From the NCBI GenBank assembly GCA_000934665.2, contig JYFJ02000987.1, forward strand, positions 62,001-96,927: a stretch of 34,927 nucleotides of DNA, given 5' to 3'. Shown here in pieces: positions 1-12,350 of this stretch (the first letter of the stretch is position 1; every line of letters starts with the position of its first letter). This DNA is from Catajapyx aquilonaris. Its lineage: Eukaryota. The notes under the pieces were generated by a model. It did not search any database. It was not told the DNA's origin and saw only the letters and a program-made list of their open reading frames with translations. A program made the translations under genes and the position numbers.

Positions 1-149
1 ACGCAGATAAACTTCAGAGTTTTAATGGGGATCTAGCCTAAATAATTACATTAGGACGCTATAAAACAATGCGGAATGTTGGAACTAATAATTATTGCAG
101 CATTTATTACAACCTTCTTCTGAAGCACATCACAATTTCGTGTGCATAA

Positions 150-1340
150 GCCGTTGGGATGTGCTCATAAAGGCCATCCCCATTCCTATTTGAATCAATT
201 GAATTCATCTTCTCTGGGAATTAATTGGCGCGCGAAATAATAGCCATCATTTCCACATCTTCTGTCTGCCATTTCAAACTGAGATACTTCATCTTTCTAT
301 GGACGGATCTAATTAGATTCAAGTAGGCTATAGGCAACAAGAGCCACAAAAGAATTGTGGAAAAGCATGCTAATGATTCTTTCTCCTCCTCTCCTGACTC
401 ATTTCCGTTCCCTCTCGGGCTGTCTCCCACTTGGCGATCGATGTCTTACAAATTAATGTGTATTCCTTACCGCTGAGTATTTCTCAAAGGGAGTGAATGG
501 CAGTTGGAACTCTGTTACATCGCACGCCATGTTATTATAGAACCGTCTGCCTTTCACTTACTCAAGAAAATTGTGGTTTTGTCAGCGGGGTGTAGTTACA
601 AAGAGAATAAATGTCTAAATAATAGCCTATATGAGATGGGTCTGTAGGATAGTATGCATGAGAGTGATGTTTCATGCCTATTTACAAATGCTGAATACCG
701 TGCTCAAACCTTTGTGTAAGGCCTATGAGCACGGTGCAGGCCCGCGTAATATGAATAATAAGTAATGCAGATGAAAAAAACCATTACTTTAAGCAAATGC
801 GATGCAACCATATCTCCATTAAGCAAAAGCGTTTTGTACAGTAATGTTCGCCTCTTTTCAGACATTTTTGAGACGTCACTGACAATGTTCATATGCGAAC
901 CAAGCACCATTTCTGCCGTAAAACAAGTGAGTACCTTCCGCCCTGGCCAACCTAAACGAGCCGCACTAATCGCTTGACCTTTCCCGCGTACCAGAGTTGA
1001 CACGCATTATGCTTTCCACATTTCGGAGCTGACGTTATCCACTTTTTGAATTGGGCTTTGGGGACACTTTTCGTGGCAGCTCCCTTTCTGTTCGTAATCC
1101 TGCCGGGCCCAGAGGTCCATCTGGCCCAATGGGAGTCCCAAAAAGTATGAATCCCTGCCAGCCCTGCCTCACTCAGCTCAACCCTCACCCCACCCCCTCA
1201 CTCCCCGCCTTCCAACCCTCCCTGGCATCATTTTTCCATGCGTGCCAGCTGTACGCCTTATTTTGTTCCGCCAACAATGACCCCCCGTCACTGCTGCATG
1301 AGGCCCGACTGATGTGCCCGACACTCCCAAAGGCGGCAGA
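150..1340 (-). mobile_element. Highly degenerate RTE-like LINE relic (linker, RT, thumb)
   Basis: Colinear eroded motifs on the minus strand: SCSSDGGSLLAEQ (~CIKDKDGxLLxE), WTSGPGRIT (~KAPGPDGI), GRKVLTCF..VFFICITY (~KVLTRI..YICFIDY), KMKYLSLKWQ (~RRILKIKWQD). Recognised by eye only. Confidence 0.6.
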
Positions 1341-2499
1341 AAAGAAAAATAAAATAAAAAATAAAATGGTACAGCTATACCTGTATTTCACACCTTGCTT
1401 ACAATTACCGTGAGAGCAAATGCCGGCTAAAAGCAAAGGTTTAATTATTCAAGGGGAAATGGAGGAAGTAGAAATGCCTTCCTGCTGCGTTTACAGCCCC
1501 AGGAAAGCTCGTTGTGCCATTATTGCCCGGATTGCTAATTAACTAACTGCCGTAAAGTGTGGCATGTCTTCCCCACGTTAATTTCTTCATTAGTCGCACC
1601 TATATGCCTAATCACTGTAAAATCAGGCGACTGCGACCGACCGACATGGCGATGCTGCGGAAGCTTAAATTATTGTCGCCGCAGAGGAGTAATGCCTACC
1701 AGATGAATTAATAAGGGTTATGACGAGAAATGTGGGGCACCATGTCAGAGTGTGCGCCACCTGTGAGTCACATTAGTTGAGGTTCTCCGCTACTTACATG
1801 ACAGTACACAGGCTGCTACAGCGAAATCTGTAAAAAGATTAATAGTTCCTCTCCGCGAAAATTGTGACTCGTGCCCAAAAAATGTTTGCCCATTTTTGTT
1901 TATTTTTATTATAGCGTGTCACCATATCTATCATGCTTGTTGCAACTCACATAGGCTCTTGACATGGCCTCGTCACATTTTTTAAAAATTATGCAAACAC
2001 TGCCCAGTGTTTCCACAATCAGCGATCAGGTGGATTTATAATTATCATTGGATTAATAGCTGACGTGCCCTGCATTAACTTTTATCGACGCTCGCAATAT
2101 ATCGCTGATCGGCACAAAAACGCGACCTTTCCGCTACACCAAACTTCACTCCATTTTTTGTTTCCCAACTACAGCGCTCCGGGAAATTCCTGCACAACCC
2201 GCTGGTTTCTGCAAACAAAAAGTGTTCACAAAGGGCTAAAAGTACGGCGTATAGGTGACAAAAGATGCATTATTAAATAATTAATTAATCCGCAACGGAA
2301 CACTTGCATCCCAGATAATTTGCAGTGTTTTCTGGAATAGTGAACATTATGTGCGACAGCCCCTAACATGCGTGTAATGGGCTAATTATGTGGGCACAAA
2401 ATCATGCCGATGTGAAGGTGAATTCCCATATTTCGCAGCTACCAGGACTTAACCACATTCACCTTTTACTGCGGCTTGATCAAAGTCGCATATAACCGC

Positions 2500-3030
2500 C
2501 ACTTTGGAAGTCCTCAAAGAGGTCGTGCAAAATGACGAGGACTAGAGAGCAGAAAATGCCGACTCGGGTCAATTATGAAACATTAATTCGCTTCCCCGAC
2601 AGCTGTAAATTCATTACCACCGCTGGCCTCTCCTGTTTGGCCACAACTGTCGCTGGTGTGGTCTGGAGCTACATTTGTACAACGAATGCTGTTAGCAACA
2701 TGGACAGAGAGGCCCATAACCATTAACCCTGTTGGCGTAATAGTCTGAGTCTCGTTCCCCTTGTCATGGATAATAGATTGTGGAGCATCCACACTGGCGA
2801 GGAAAAATCCCTTCCTTTGTTCCCTTCCGCTGGGTTGCCTCTGTTTTGGGACGCTTCCGAAACTAGGCTAAATAACCACTCCATCACCACCAGCGAGGCT
2901 GTGCAGCATCAGGAGTGGCATTGGGATCATATCACTTGCCCTTGTGATGTATGGCCGGCTCAGATTTGCATTATAGCGTTATTAGTGTTACCTTCCAAAG
3001 TGGTGTAAATCACACTCATCGCCAAGGTGT
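2500..3030 (-). mobile_element. Degenerate RTE-like RT fragment
   Basis: ORF 2583..2792 GLSVHVANS..GGNEFTAVG resembles GLxINxxKT..VxEFxYLG. Upstream LVVMEWLFS resembles the post-LSPxLF segment. Confidence 0.45.
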
Positions 3031-3662
3031 ATATAATACCCACAGCGTGCAGGATCAAGCATCCTTACACCTTGCGCCACATCACTTCAGAGTTTAGGCT
3101 ATACTCTTTACACGTATGTAAATTACATCACCGCAATCAATGAGGAAATGAAAAATGAAATAAACAAAAAAATATAAATATTGCACCATTATCATTAGAG
3201 CAAAAAATGTTATAAGTTTTCAGATGGCACTCTGTATAATGCTGCAATATAATGACTCCCTAATGAGCAAGAGTTGAGTAGTTTATTATCCAGGAACTGT
3301 ATGCACAAAAAAATACTCGGTGAGTCAAGATGAAAGCAAAGTAGTGCGACATTTACATTGCACTTTGATGTATTGAGAGCAGTATCAAGGGAAGCCTTTT
3401 CATTACTGGTTTAGGCGTGGAATTCGCTTTGCCGGAGTGAGAGCAGTGAGATAATTACACTCCATGTTTCCTTATCACTTGCTGCATATATACAGACTGC
3501 AGCTAATTACGGACGCCTGATACAACTATACAGCCAGCATAACAACGACCTTTCGCGAAGATGCAGACTGCTGACAATATGGTTACTGAATGTGGGCATG
3601 TATCATTTTGCAGTAGTTCACACCACGGGATTCAAATGCACTGCTCCGTGATTGTGCCCTTA

Positions 3663-3901
3663 AGGCCGCTTCACAAACTCGGCGTTGCGAAAGCGTGGCG
3701 TGTGGGCCTTCCGCTCATCGCACGCAGAAAGTCCACCCGATTGGACGCCAGCGCAACGCCCGCGCTCGGTCATCGCACGCAGCATTTGTGAATAGCCCTT
3801 CGCAAATTTTCCGCTCTCCGCACGCCCCGCTCGCGCAAATCCGGGTTTGTAAAACGGGCATTTCGCCCCGCTTTCGCAACGCCGAGTTTGTGAAGCGGCC
3901 T
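3663..3901. mobile_element. PIF/Harbinger-type MITE (239 bp, non-autonomous, young)
   Basis: 38-bp TIRs 3663-3700 and 3864-3901 (AGGCCGCTTCACAAACTCGGCGTTGCGAAAGCG perfect for 33 bp, 1 mismatch in 38). TTA is duplicated at 3660-3662 and 3902-3904, the TWA target duplication typical of PIF/Harbinger. Confidence 0.9.
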
Positions 3902-4249
3902 TTATAGGCCCAGAGCTTCCAACTATTCAAGTTCAATTATGATTAATTTATCTTAACAAAAAAAACTGCATTAATTATCGTGGGAATGTGGGGCATCAAA
4001 GCAAATTTCCATCGTCCGTATCGGAAAAAGGGTTAGCCATAAAATCTGATCATCAACATTATCATAAAAACTTATAAGTTAAATATTTGAAAAGTTCATG
4101 CCCCCCAAAAGCAGCTCTCCAGAAATCTTTGCACAGTGTGTGGTTGCGACTAAGGAACGTTATCCAATACATAATTGGCTAAAAGCACATTATCAGAGGG
4201 GTTACTGCTCCGTCTACAACGCTCTTACGTTTTCAAGACATCGTTTTGC

Positions 4250-5220
4250 CCAGGGTGTGTGGCAACTCCATCGACCCCTCAGCAACAGCGTAACGGCGCA
4301 AGAAGCTCTATTTCACGAGCATCTCGTCAGTTTTAGTAGCTTGCAAAACGTACTGCCACGGAAAGTCGTTGAAACAGAAGAAAACATATATTACGAGCAC
4401 ACATCCCTACAATCCTGGAACTCCTTCCGCCTCCTTCCTGGAAAGAGCAAAGCATGGCTGCACTTGGACCTCTTGCGGGCCAAATTTTACAGCGTTCCCC
4501 CTTTGAGGGTGCATCCGCAGGAAGCCCATCCAGGATATGTTTGGATCCGGGGCGGACATTTATTCAGACCATTCACTGCCAACCCGGGGTACAAAAAAAA
4601 GATGCAGGACCCGGGGAGGTATCTGTGCTCCGGAGCCGGCAGCAGGCACAGGCCCGTAATGGCCAGGCCTCCCTTTACGGAGGGCGGCAGAAGATTGCCT
4701 CTCTGGAAGATTGTGCCCTACAATAGGGCCGGGCCGGAGAAATGAGGCTAGGTGAAAGACGTGGGAGGTTCCGGGCCGGAGGTCACAATCCATTTGGATT
4801 CATTCCGGAAGGTGGAAGGGGGAGGTAGGCAGCCATTTTGCATCCTGTCCCAACAACATGGAGGAAGAAGGGGTGGGTGGAAAAAATGGCCGACATAGAC
4901 CCGCCTGTAATCATTTCTCGGCTCAAGGTATTGGGAAACGCATCCGATACCAGTTCACGGGATAGATTGACTTTTCAGCAGTGAAATGCAATCTTCACTG
5001 GCATAAAGAATCCGGTTGTACAAGTTGGGCCGAGTTGCTGATACGGCCCCAGATTTACGTTTGGAAAGTTGCAAATATTGAACGGAGTTTTCAGCTACTC
5101 CGCTCCTTTCTGGCCAGGCACGGGTTTTCCAAGATTGGCCCCACACCCTTTTGAAAATGTGCTCTTCAAGCCCCCACAGGCGTAGTCATGGAAAGGGCGG
5201 AGGGGCATGAAGTGATCCAC
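4250..5220 (+). mobile_element. Degenerate RTE-like LINE: AP-endonuclease C-half and start of RT
   Basis: In ORF 4098..4745, HPQEAHPGYVW..KKKMQDPGRYLCSGAGSRHRPVMAR aligns by eye to HKxxHKYTW..VxDVRxYRGADxxSDHxxVMAK. Near 5005, KESGCTSWAELL resembles KAPGxDxIxAELL. Confidence 0.6.
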
Positions 5221-5499
5221 CCAATTTGTCACTCACATTTTATTGTGCTTTTGCACCGCGCTGTGAGTTGTATGTGATGGCGTCCTATATATGGTGCTGA
5301 ACTGCCGAAGTCTCCAGTTTAACATACAAAGCTGCTTATCCCGACAACACCGGTTTAAAACGAAGCTACAATCAGCAACAATTCACTCTTTAAATTAATT
5401 GCAGGGGAAAATAAGTCACAATTTGTTCTTTCCCTGCCTGGGAACTAGGGCAGTGTACCACCCTGTATATAACAGTACTGCACGTACACTGTGTAGGCC

Positions 5500-5830
5500 G
5501 ATACCCCGTGGGATCACCGACCGACTATCATTCAGGGATAGGCCACACTATCCCAACAGCTAAACTCGAGCCACTATATGAAGACATAGTGCCATGCCTG
5601 CGCGTAAATGTAATTGGGTGTGCCCATGTGGTCTGGCCTTGCACCAAGAGGGAAATTAGGAAGTAGGCAATGGACGATCTGGGTAGATACCGCAAGAGTT
5701 TCAGAAGAAATGGAATGGGAAGTGGAATGAGTGGTTGGACAATAAGGCTGAAGGAAATGGGGAGCGTTGGCTGCTCCCAAGAAGAAAGTAAAAAAAGAAG
5801 AAGAAGAAGAAGAAGAAGAAGGGAAGAGGA
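5500..5830 (+). mobile_element. RTE-like LINE 3' end with (GAA)n tail
   Basis: PRGKLGSRQWTIWVD resembles the RTE C-terminal GxRxxGRPxxxWxD. It is followed by (GAA)8 at 5797-5820. May be the 3' end of the 4250-5220 relic after an internal deletion. Confidence 0.55.
5797..5820 (+). repeat. (GAA)8 microsatellite
   Basis: Perfect trinucleotide run read directly. Confidence 0.95.
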
Positions 5831-5849
5831 AAAGAAAGGGACGCCTTGC

Positions 5850-6080
5850 ATCCGAAAGGCTTCTCATTCCAGAAGGCATGAGTTAACACCACTTTTGGAA
5901 GCTGCAGACGAGATACGTGTGTCCTATTCTTAAACTCTCCCCACTCGACTATTTGGAAGGAAAGAGACAGATGGAACCTCTCGAATAATCCCTGCAAGCA
6001 TTCCGACTGGGCACTTTGAAATGTAGCCCTAGCCTCAGTGGCATTTGGTCCGATAATCAATATTGTAAATAAATAAATAA
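5850..6080 (+). mobile_element. Possible LINE 3' end with (TAAA)n tail
   Basis: Ends in TGTAAATAAATAAATAA (6064-6080), a tail common in CR1/Jockey-group elements. The body is not confidently assigned. Confidence 0.35.
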
Positions 6081-6329
6081 CAGTACCGGTACATCCTTAC
6101 TAAGGTTAAACAAAGACTAAGCAATATAAGCCTGTCATACGCCCGTTGATCAAAGAAGCTGTACTGCACTGTATTATTTCGCAAATCCTTCGAAGACATG
6201 GTCAACACAATGACGCTTTCGCTATGACGACAGTTCCGGACTTATGTACAGAAATATTACCAGTCAAAAATCTGCAGAAGGTTCTCGGAGCTAGTTCAAA
6301 ATAAATCCGCCTGTAAATAAGCAATAAGG

Positions 6330-7560
6330 ATACACCCTAACCCGCTAGCGAGTTGACAGCTGGCGAAAGAATCGGGTGGGATCAATTTAGTTTTCCTGTG
6401 CCAGAAAGCAAGCAAGCAAGCAGCATCCGCCAGGCGGCGGCGACTCCCAAATTTGCCCGTATGCGAAATGGAAAAGCAGCTGCCTTTGTTCGTGGCAGAG
6501 TTGGAAGGCACAGTTTGGGCGTAGAACATTCTGCTGCTGACAGCCCCAAGAGCCTTTGGAGTTGACATCAATTGTGCCCCAAAACGTCCGCCCAGCTTAG
6601 GGTACCAATAAATCTTGCTCAATGTCGATGATCTACGTCACTTTAATCCGCCCCCATCTGACCTGCCAATATATTTACCAGCGGTTACATCTTCCATCAT
6701 CAGTACATGAGTGTGCCGGATACAAAATCATCCCGACACTTCCGAATCTAGTAACCCTACCATGAAGCACACTTTGAGAGACATTTCCTAATGTTAAAAA
6801 TTCTCTATAATGTCAGTCAGGCAGTTATAATACATGAGAGCATCCGCATATTTGCAATTCCACCGAACTTCCATAATAACTGCATGCCATTTTGCACAAC
6901 ATTAATTATCTTCGAGTGGATAAAATGCTGTCACTTCATTAGTGGCATAACTTAAACGCGAATATTACAAAATGCCTGAAATATCATTGCCTACAAACAC
7001 GTTCCACATTCGTAATCAATTGCACTTCAAATGATATTTGAAAATATGACACCGACAGTGGAGTGGGTTATCTTGTATTTTAAAAGGAAAAAATAATTTC
7101 TCACTCGAAGCCATTCAATACCCACAGGGATCCAAACTTGGCCTCTTCTCTTTCCCCTCCCAATAACCCTCCCGAAAAGTTAGCAATAGTTAGGGCGGGG
7201 GGTCATTAGCAATTTTGGCCACTTCCGGAAGGATCAGAGGTACGAACGTTTGCAAAAAGCGACGGGAAAGCGCGGCAAAACCTTATCTCGGCTTTGGTCC
7301 CCGAAGGAATTCGCAAAGTTGTGGGCGAGGGAAACGAAGTGGAGGAGTTGTGCAGGATCCCGGCGGATTTTCACAATGGAATGTGCATCACGATGGTGGC
7401 CGACACCGGGAAGGAATGAAGTCTCCGCAGTCGTAAATCATATTTCCACAGCATCCGGCCACTCCCTCCTTTCATAACCACTTTACCTCAGATTCTCTCA
7501 GTCTGCGTCCAATGAAATGCTCTAAAAATCCAGGCAACTTGGGCAATGCCTCTGCAGTAT
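6330..7560 (+). mobile_element. Degenerate CR1/L2-like LINE (linker and RT)
   Basis: FARMRN..DSPKSLWS (~YKxLRN..NPKxLW), KHVPHS (~DxVPH), EWVILYFKRK (~WIxSYLxxR), PQGSKLG at 7122-7142 then (P)LLF after a 1-nt shift, GVVQD..QWNVH (~LGVxxDxxLxWxxH). All in the expected order. Confidence 0.7.
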
Positions 7561-7659
7561 ACATAAATGCACACAAAAATGACGAAAATGAATTATTTAT
7601 GCAATAACCATTTCATTAATTTTTTTTTCTAACTCTCAGGTGAAAACTGGTGGTATAGT

Positions 7660-9200
7660 TTCACACTGGTCGTATGAGTGCCATCTCTGAGCAACCCAAC
7701 CAAAAACTGAGATTCCCCAATCTGGAACAGTCAACGCAGCACATCTCTCGTAATTAATCGGCAGGATTAACTTTTGGGCCCACTCTTTCAAGATAACCAC
7801 ATTGCTACAATGGCACGTTTTACGGAAATCACGGCCCTAGATGCGTTCTGGCTCTTCACCCAACTTGCAAAGTCGGATCAGAAAAGCGGAATAGCGGAGA
7901 ACTGGAGCAGATGATACCCAAGGCAGCTTTTCCTACATAAATAGCCAGACGGACTGATTTAGTGCCCTGGGGCCACTTCCTCGCAGAATGGGAAAGCGCC
8001 TGCACACGTACCACCACTTTGATATCATGGAATAAGCATTTCCACGTGCCAACGCTCATTTTGCAAATGTGGTCCCTTGTTCTTGCTCCAGTATTTAAAT
8101 TCATTCTCTCATCGGTTAGTATGTCTCCACAATCTCATAGGTCAACAGCAAGTATGTGGAAATTTTCTGATGAAAATCACCCCTTTTCAGTATCTCTATA
8201 ATATTCAGGACGTGCTGCAGAATTAAAACTACAACACAAAAGTTCTCTGCACCGCATAGAGTAAAATCTATACACGTCAGACCTAAGTTGCATGCAATAT
8301 GGAAGTCTGTCCCCGAGCCCACATTGTCCTCCGCATCACTTCTTCCCTCACCACCGGCGTTTTTCTTCTCATGAATAGCAAACGAGGTCCCCTTCTGCGA
8401 TTACAAAAGGTTCTCTTCCTTTGAAATACCCAGCACGCCTGTTCTTAATACGTCGTATTCGCGGAAAAGGTAAATATGCATCAAGTAGGTCCCCGCCTTC
8501 CCAATCTTGCTCTTGTACCTAATAGTCGCAGTAGGCATACACGAGCAGGTACAGTACGCGACACACGACCGAGTAGAAAAGTAGAAACTATCGGAAAAGC
8601 AGTGCCCAAGTCGTTTACGATGCAGATAGATTAAGGTACCTCGGGCTATTGATCACACGAGAAGCTAGGCCAGAGTGATGGATCGACCTCCTCGCATCCC
8701 CTGCACCTCATTTAAATGGCATTGCATTCGACCCCCACCCCGAAACAAACTAGGAACAACCCAATGCGCGTTGCCGGGCTAATCCCAAGCCATGAAAATT
8801 CGCCATGCATCACCCCCGAACTTATGTGACGTCAACATACTTTTGTTGGGAGGCCGCACCCGCACATGCTGGCCATTCATCATAAAGAATCGACAACGCG
8901 AAATCTCCATTTAGTTCGTTTCCGCATGGATTTACGACTACTACGCTCTCCGCCCCAGGGCGATAAAAAATGACCAACCGGAAAAAATAGTGCTTACACG
9001 TCAAGAAAAGTTCAACAAACAATTTCTCTTCCTTGTTTACTAGCAGCGACACAATCAGGGTAGAGGTTCGTAGGCTGATTGGGAAGCCAGCATCTGTCCA
9101 GCAGTTCTGCACAGAATGAATGCTGCCCAGCGCGGGGAAGGAAAGAGGCCAAAGGCCTGATGTATACCCCCGCCAAAAATATAGATCCCATCTGCTCATA
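7660..9200 (-). mobile_element. Degenerate CR1-like LINE ORF2 (endonuclease to RT N-half)
   Basis: ORF 8822..9199 EKLFVEL..VIFYRPG..NGDF..DEW matches the APE motifs ExLxVEL..YRPP..GDFNxPxIDW. ORF 7856..8104 KWPQGTKSVRLAIYVGK resembles PxxWKxAxVxPIxK. Further down: DFRKTCHC..EWAQKL and WGISVFGWV. Confidence 0.7.
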
Positions 9201-9539
9201 GTATCTGCGGAATCAGAGACCGGAGCTAAAAGAGGAGAAGTACGAAAAAGGAGAAAGAAAAATTCGCCATCCTGCTAATGGCGTCGTTTTCCAAGATGAA
9301 TGCACGCAACTTGGTGGCGCTGCAGATGTTCCAATCCGAATAGTGCTATAATTCCACGTAATCATGTAGGTGGTGCAGAACAGCCCTTCTCTCAAACTTT
9401 CAATCCTTCCCATTCCACCAAGCAGCATATAATTCAAGGCCACTGTGCTCCTGCACAGCGTCAACCCGGTGTGCCAAGAGAAGCCCACAGGTTAGCTAAC
9501 TTTCAGGATGAAGCTAAAACTTAGCAGTGGAGCCCTTTC

Positions 9540-10020
9540 CTATAAATAGGTAAAATCGAGTAAAATAGTTCCGCTCAAGTAAAAATTACGAACATTACGA
9601 CAATACTGCTGAAACCTTTCACATCTCATTGTGGTAAAGTCGTCTCCAAAGTGGAAGAAATATGTAGCACAAATCCTGAAATCCGACTTCCTCGCCATAA
9701 TAAATGGATGGGGTGTCTCAGGTCCTTCTCCACATTTTCCAGATATAAGCGCACTCTTGGCTATCAGGCTCGCGCTGGGAAGTCCGGAACCAGTGCTATT
9801 GAAGTGCAGGCAGAAACCTCTCAGAAGGCGCGAGTTCATTTCCACGCCCACTTATCTCTTTCTCCTCTTCTTCTCTTGTCACAGAAATAGAAAACGAGTG
9901 GGTCCATCCATTTCGGCCGAGTGGTTATAGAACTCTCATCTGGGACTGGCTTCTGCCACGCCACGATCGATTTGGAGCCCACGGTAAAATTAACTCGGCA
10001 CCGGGCCACACACCTTGTCA
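9540..10020 (-). mobile_element. LINE C-terminal zinc-knuckle relic (R1/LOA/I-like)
   Basis: ORF 9540..9851 STGSGL..GKCGEGPETPHPFI..RICATYF resembles LTGHG..CxxCGExxETxxHxLxxC..RxxYF. Confidence 0.5.
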
Positions 10021-10049
10021 ACCTAACCTACACAGTAGCGCTTCTATTC

Positions 10050-11300
10050 AATAGTTATCAGTAGGGGTTCATTATATCCCGGTTTAGGCGAGCCAAAGCG
10101 AATTATAGCCGCATTTAACCACCTTAACACGGTGACAGTCAACAAAAGCGTTTTAGATGGAGGCGCTATTATTTTCATTGCATAGTTCTTGGAACATTTA
10201 ATTTTCCCACACGCCAGTATAATCGTGTAAGGAGCAGAAAGTTTTTAAAAAACAATCACGACAGCTCGGACCAGCACTCTTCGGCAAAATAATAGACATG
10301 ACATTGCCAACCCACTACTGGGATGTAATGTCATGTCATTAGTTTCCTTTAAAACCCAGTCACTTAGCAGAGGTTTATGACCCATATCTTAAAGAAACAT
10401 ACATTCCAATTCTAATAGTGGGTCCTACTCTGTGGCTATTACGCAACTCACCCTGTCATTTCCTATAGCAGCCTCTGCACGCAGATTACGCCCTCTACCT
10501 GAAACTATGGCATGCGTAGCTCTGTAAGCACGCTATAATGAGGGAGATGTGTGCGATTATTTCAAGCATGCAGATTAACTATTTTTTGCTGCAAGCGGTC
10601 GCTTCTAATTCGCGCCCCTAAACGCACCTAACTAATGAAACTCCCCCCCTTTTGTGGTCCACAAGTGCTGCAATTACAGCCGGATTAACCAATATCCTGC
10701 GGGACTCTATTTTATCTTCAACCCAAAAACTACTTCACATGTGGAGTAGATGTACCCGAAGGGATGAAACCGGCTCCCTGGCTCCCTCTATGCCACACCA
10801 TAAATTCCAAATATTGCCTGGCCTGCTTTTCTGCAAGGACCGTTAGGAGTTTAAATACTAGGGAATCTCCGTTGGCCCCAGACCCACTCTGCGGAGGTGT
10901 CCTCCTGTACCACCGAGTGGCGTTTCGCCGAATTCGTGCCCTCGGTGCTTGCAGAAAGATTCGGTCTCTCAGCAGATATAAAATCGCTACATCCCCGGGT
11001 CTTTCCTTGATGCGGTACTTAGCCCATTTGGCCGCGGACTTCTCACAACGCGGCTTAACTACATTCGGCTATATGCTCTCGGCCAAAAGGGCCTTTGCGG
11101 AGGCAGTATCCGCCAATGTTTATGAAAACTTCTGTCCGGCGATTCCCATGTAGAGTGCAGTGATACGCTAAAAGCATTGGGGGGCGCGGACGCACTTGGC
11201 GGAAATAACCCTCGCTCTTTAAATGTATTTACGGGCCTCATAGCCCGCCTCGGACAATCTATTATTCAGCAGACCCCCATCTAACGACCTTACACATCAC
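10050..11300 (+). mobile_element. Degenerate Jockey/L2-group RT and thumb
   Basis: LGPALFGKIID..H*FPLKPSH (~LLPxLSKIxE..QFGFRxxH), STSAAI..QKLLHMW (~ADDTAI..LxxW), SPGLSLMRYL..NVYENF..WGA (~DxxLxFxxHV..IYxxF..WGxA). Confidence 0.5.
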
Positions 11301-11975
11301 AAATATTTCAAAGCAGCGTCAGCCTGCAGAGAACGGGCCACTTTGTGACCGCAACTGCCAGCTTCGCGTAACAATGAAGCAGCGAAATTCTGACGGCGAA
11401 ACTTGCTTAGACGGAGACAAACGAGGGGCAAATCCACGCAAATTTCCGCTGTCTCCAGACGCGCGTTGCAAGCGACAGGATCGTCGAGTTTTGACGCCCG
11501 AATCGGGAGTTAGGGGGTGCAAGTTCCACTTGTCAACAATGCATCTGGGCCTAGTCAAGTGACAAAAAAAAAAAAAAAAACTGAAGTCGGAAACGGGATC
11601 ATTTCAGCAGAAATGGGCCCCTGTTGCCGATTCGATGTAAGTTAAGGGCATCTGTTTGCACGTATATTCGCTGAATCAGAAAAGCGACAGATGCCATATA
11701 ATAGCGTGTCGTAAAAATATTATTGCTGATTTGACATTAATAGCTGTTTGGCAGCTAGCCCTTTACTGCTTGGCTCATAACAAGTCCCCTGATGGTTCCC
11801 AGTTTCCTAGTTGTGCCGTTCAGTCAGTTGTTATTGAGTCGTTAAAGGCCTGTATTTCAATCTGAACGAAAAATATAAGTACAACAACTTTCTTTAAATA
11901 TACGTTACACTTGGCACAGGTTTCTTCGCGAAACACATTCCATGATAGGTTCTGTTCGACTTTGTAATATATTAA

Positions 11976-12350
11976 TTAACATAGTGTCATCTGCACCCTG
12001 TGAAGCCAGGAGGTTGGAAAATGCAAAACGTCTTTCGGTGTAAATGAAAACGCCTGGCGCCTCAAGCGGAGCGAAAGTTCACAGGTGTTCAATTCCAGCA
12101 ACATCTCTTCGCGGGCAATAATAACCGGCGGGACTGCAGTGACAAAATCGCTGCGAAATGCCATCCCATATGTGCAAATGCTGTGGGTTATTAATTCACC
12201 AGGCCCTCAGCAGCTTGGAGATCAAACACTCCAGAACCGCTACACTCTGACGAGCCCTATTGTTTAATGCATAAAAAAGCAGGAGCGGCAATGTGACCCG
12301 AAGTGCAAGGTATGTCCGATTTATTTAACGCATTTGAACTGGAGTGTCTC
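11976..12350 (-). mobile_element. Possible LINE thumb/C-terminal relic
   Basis: LLLFYALNNRA and EEMLLELNTCELSLR resemble LLLYKxLIRP and ExLxxELxxxxLxxR. Weak. Confidence 0.3.

Noticed and set aside
697..735. 10-bp perfect hairpin ACCGTGCTCA/TGAGCACGGT; similar 7-8 bp stems near 13871, 17646 and 20083
   Set aside because: Stems of this size with short loops are expected by chance in 35 kb, and they share no sequence.
5286..5470. CAGGGTG/CACCCTGTA-type Tc1/mariner MITE ends (also near 3228, 17327 and 22626)
   Set aside because: Only single short end-like motifs with no convincing partner TIR. Possibly very old MITE remnants, but unsupported.
5528..6060. Poly-Arg/protamine-like or signal-peptide-like (poly-Leu, poly-Phe, poly-Ser) ORFs
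   Set aside because: All are readings of the (GAA)8 microsatellite tail in different frames.
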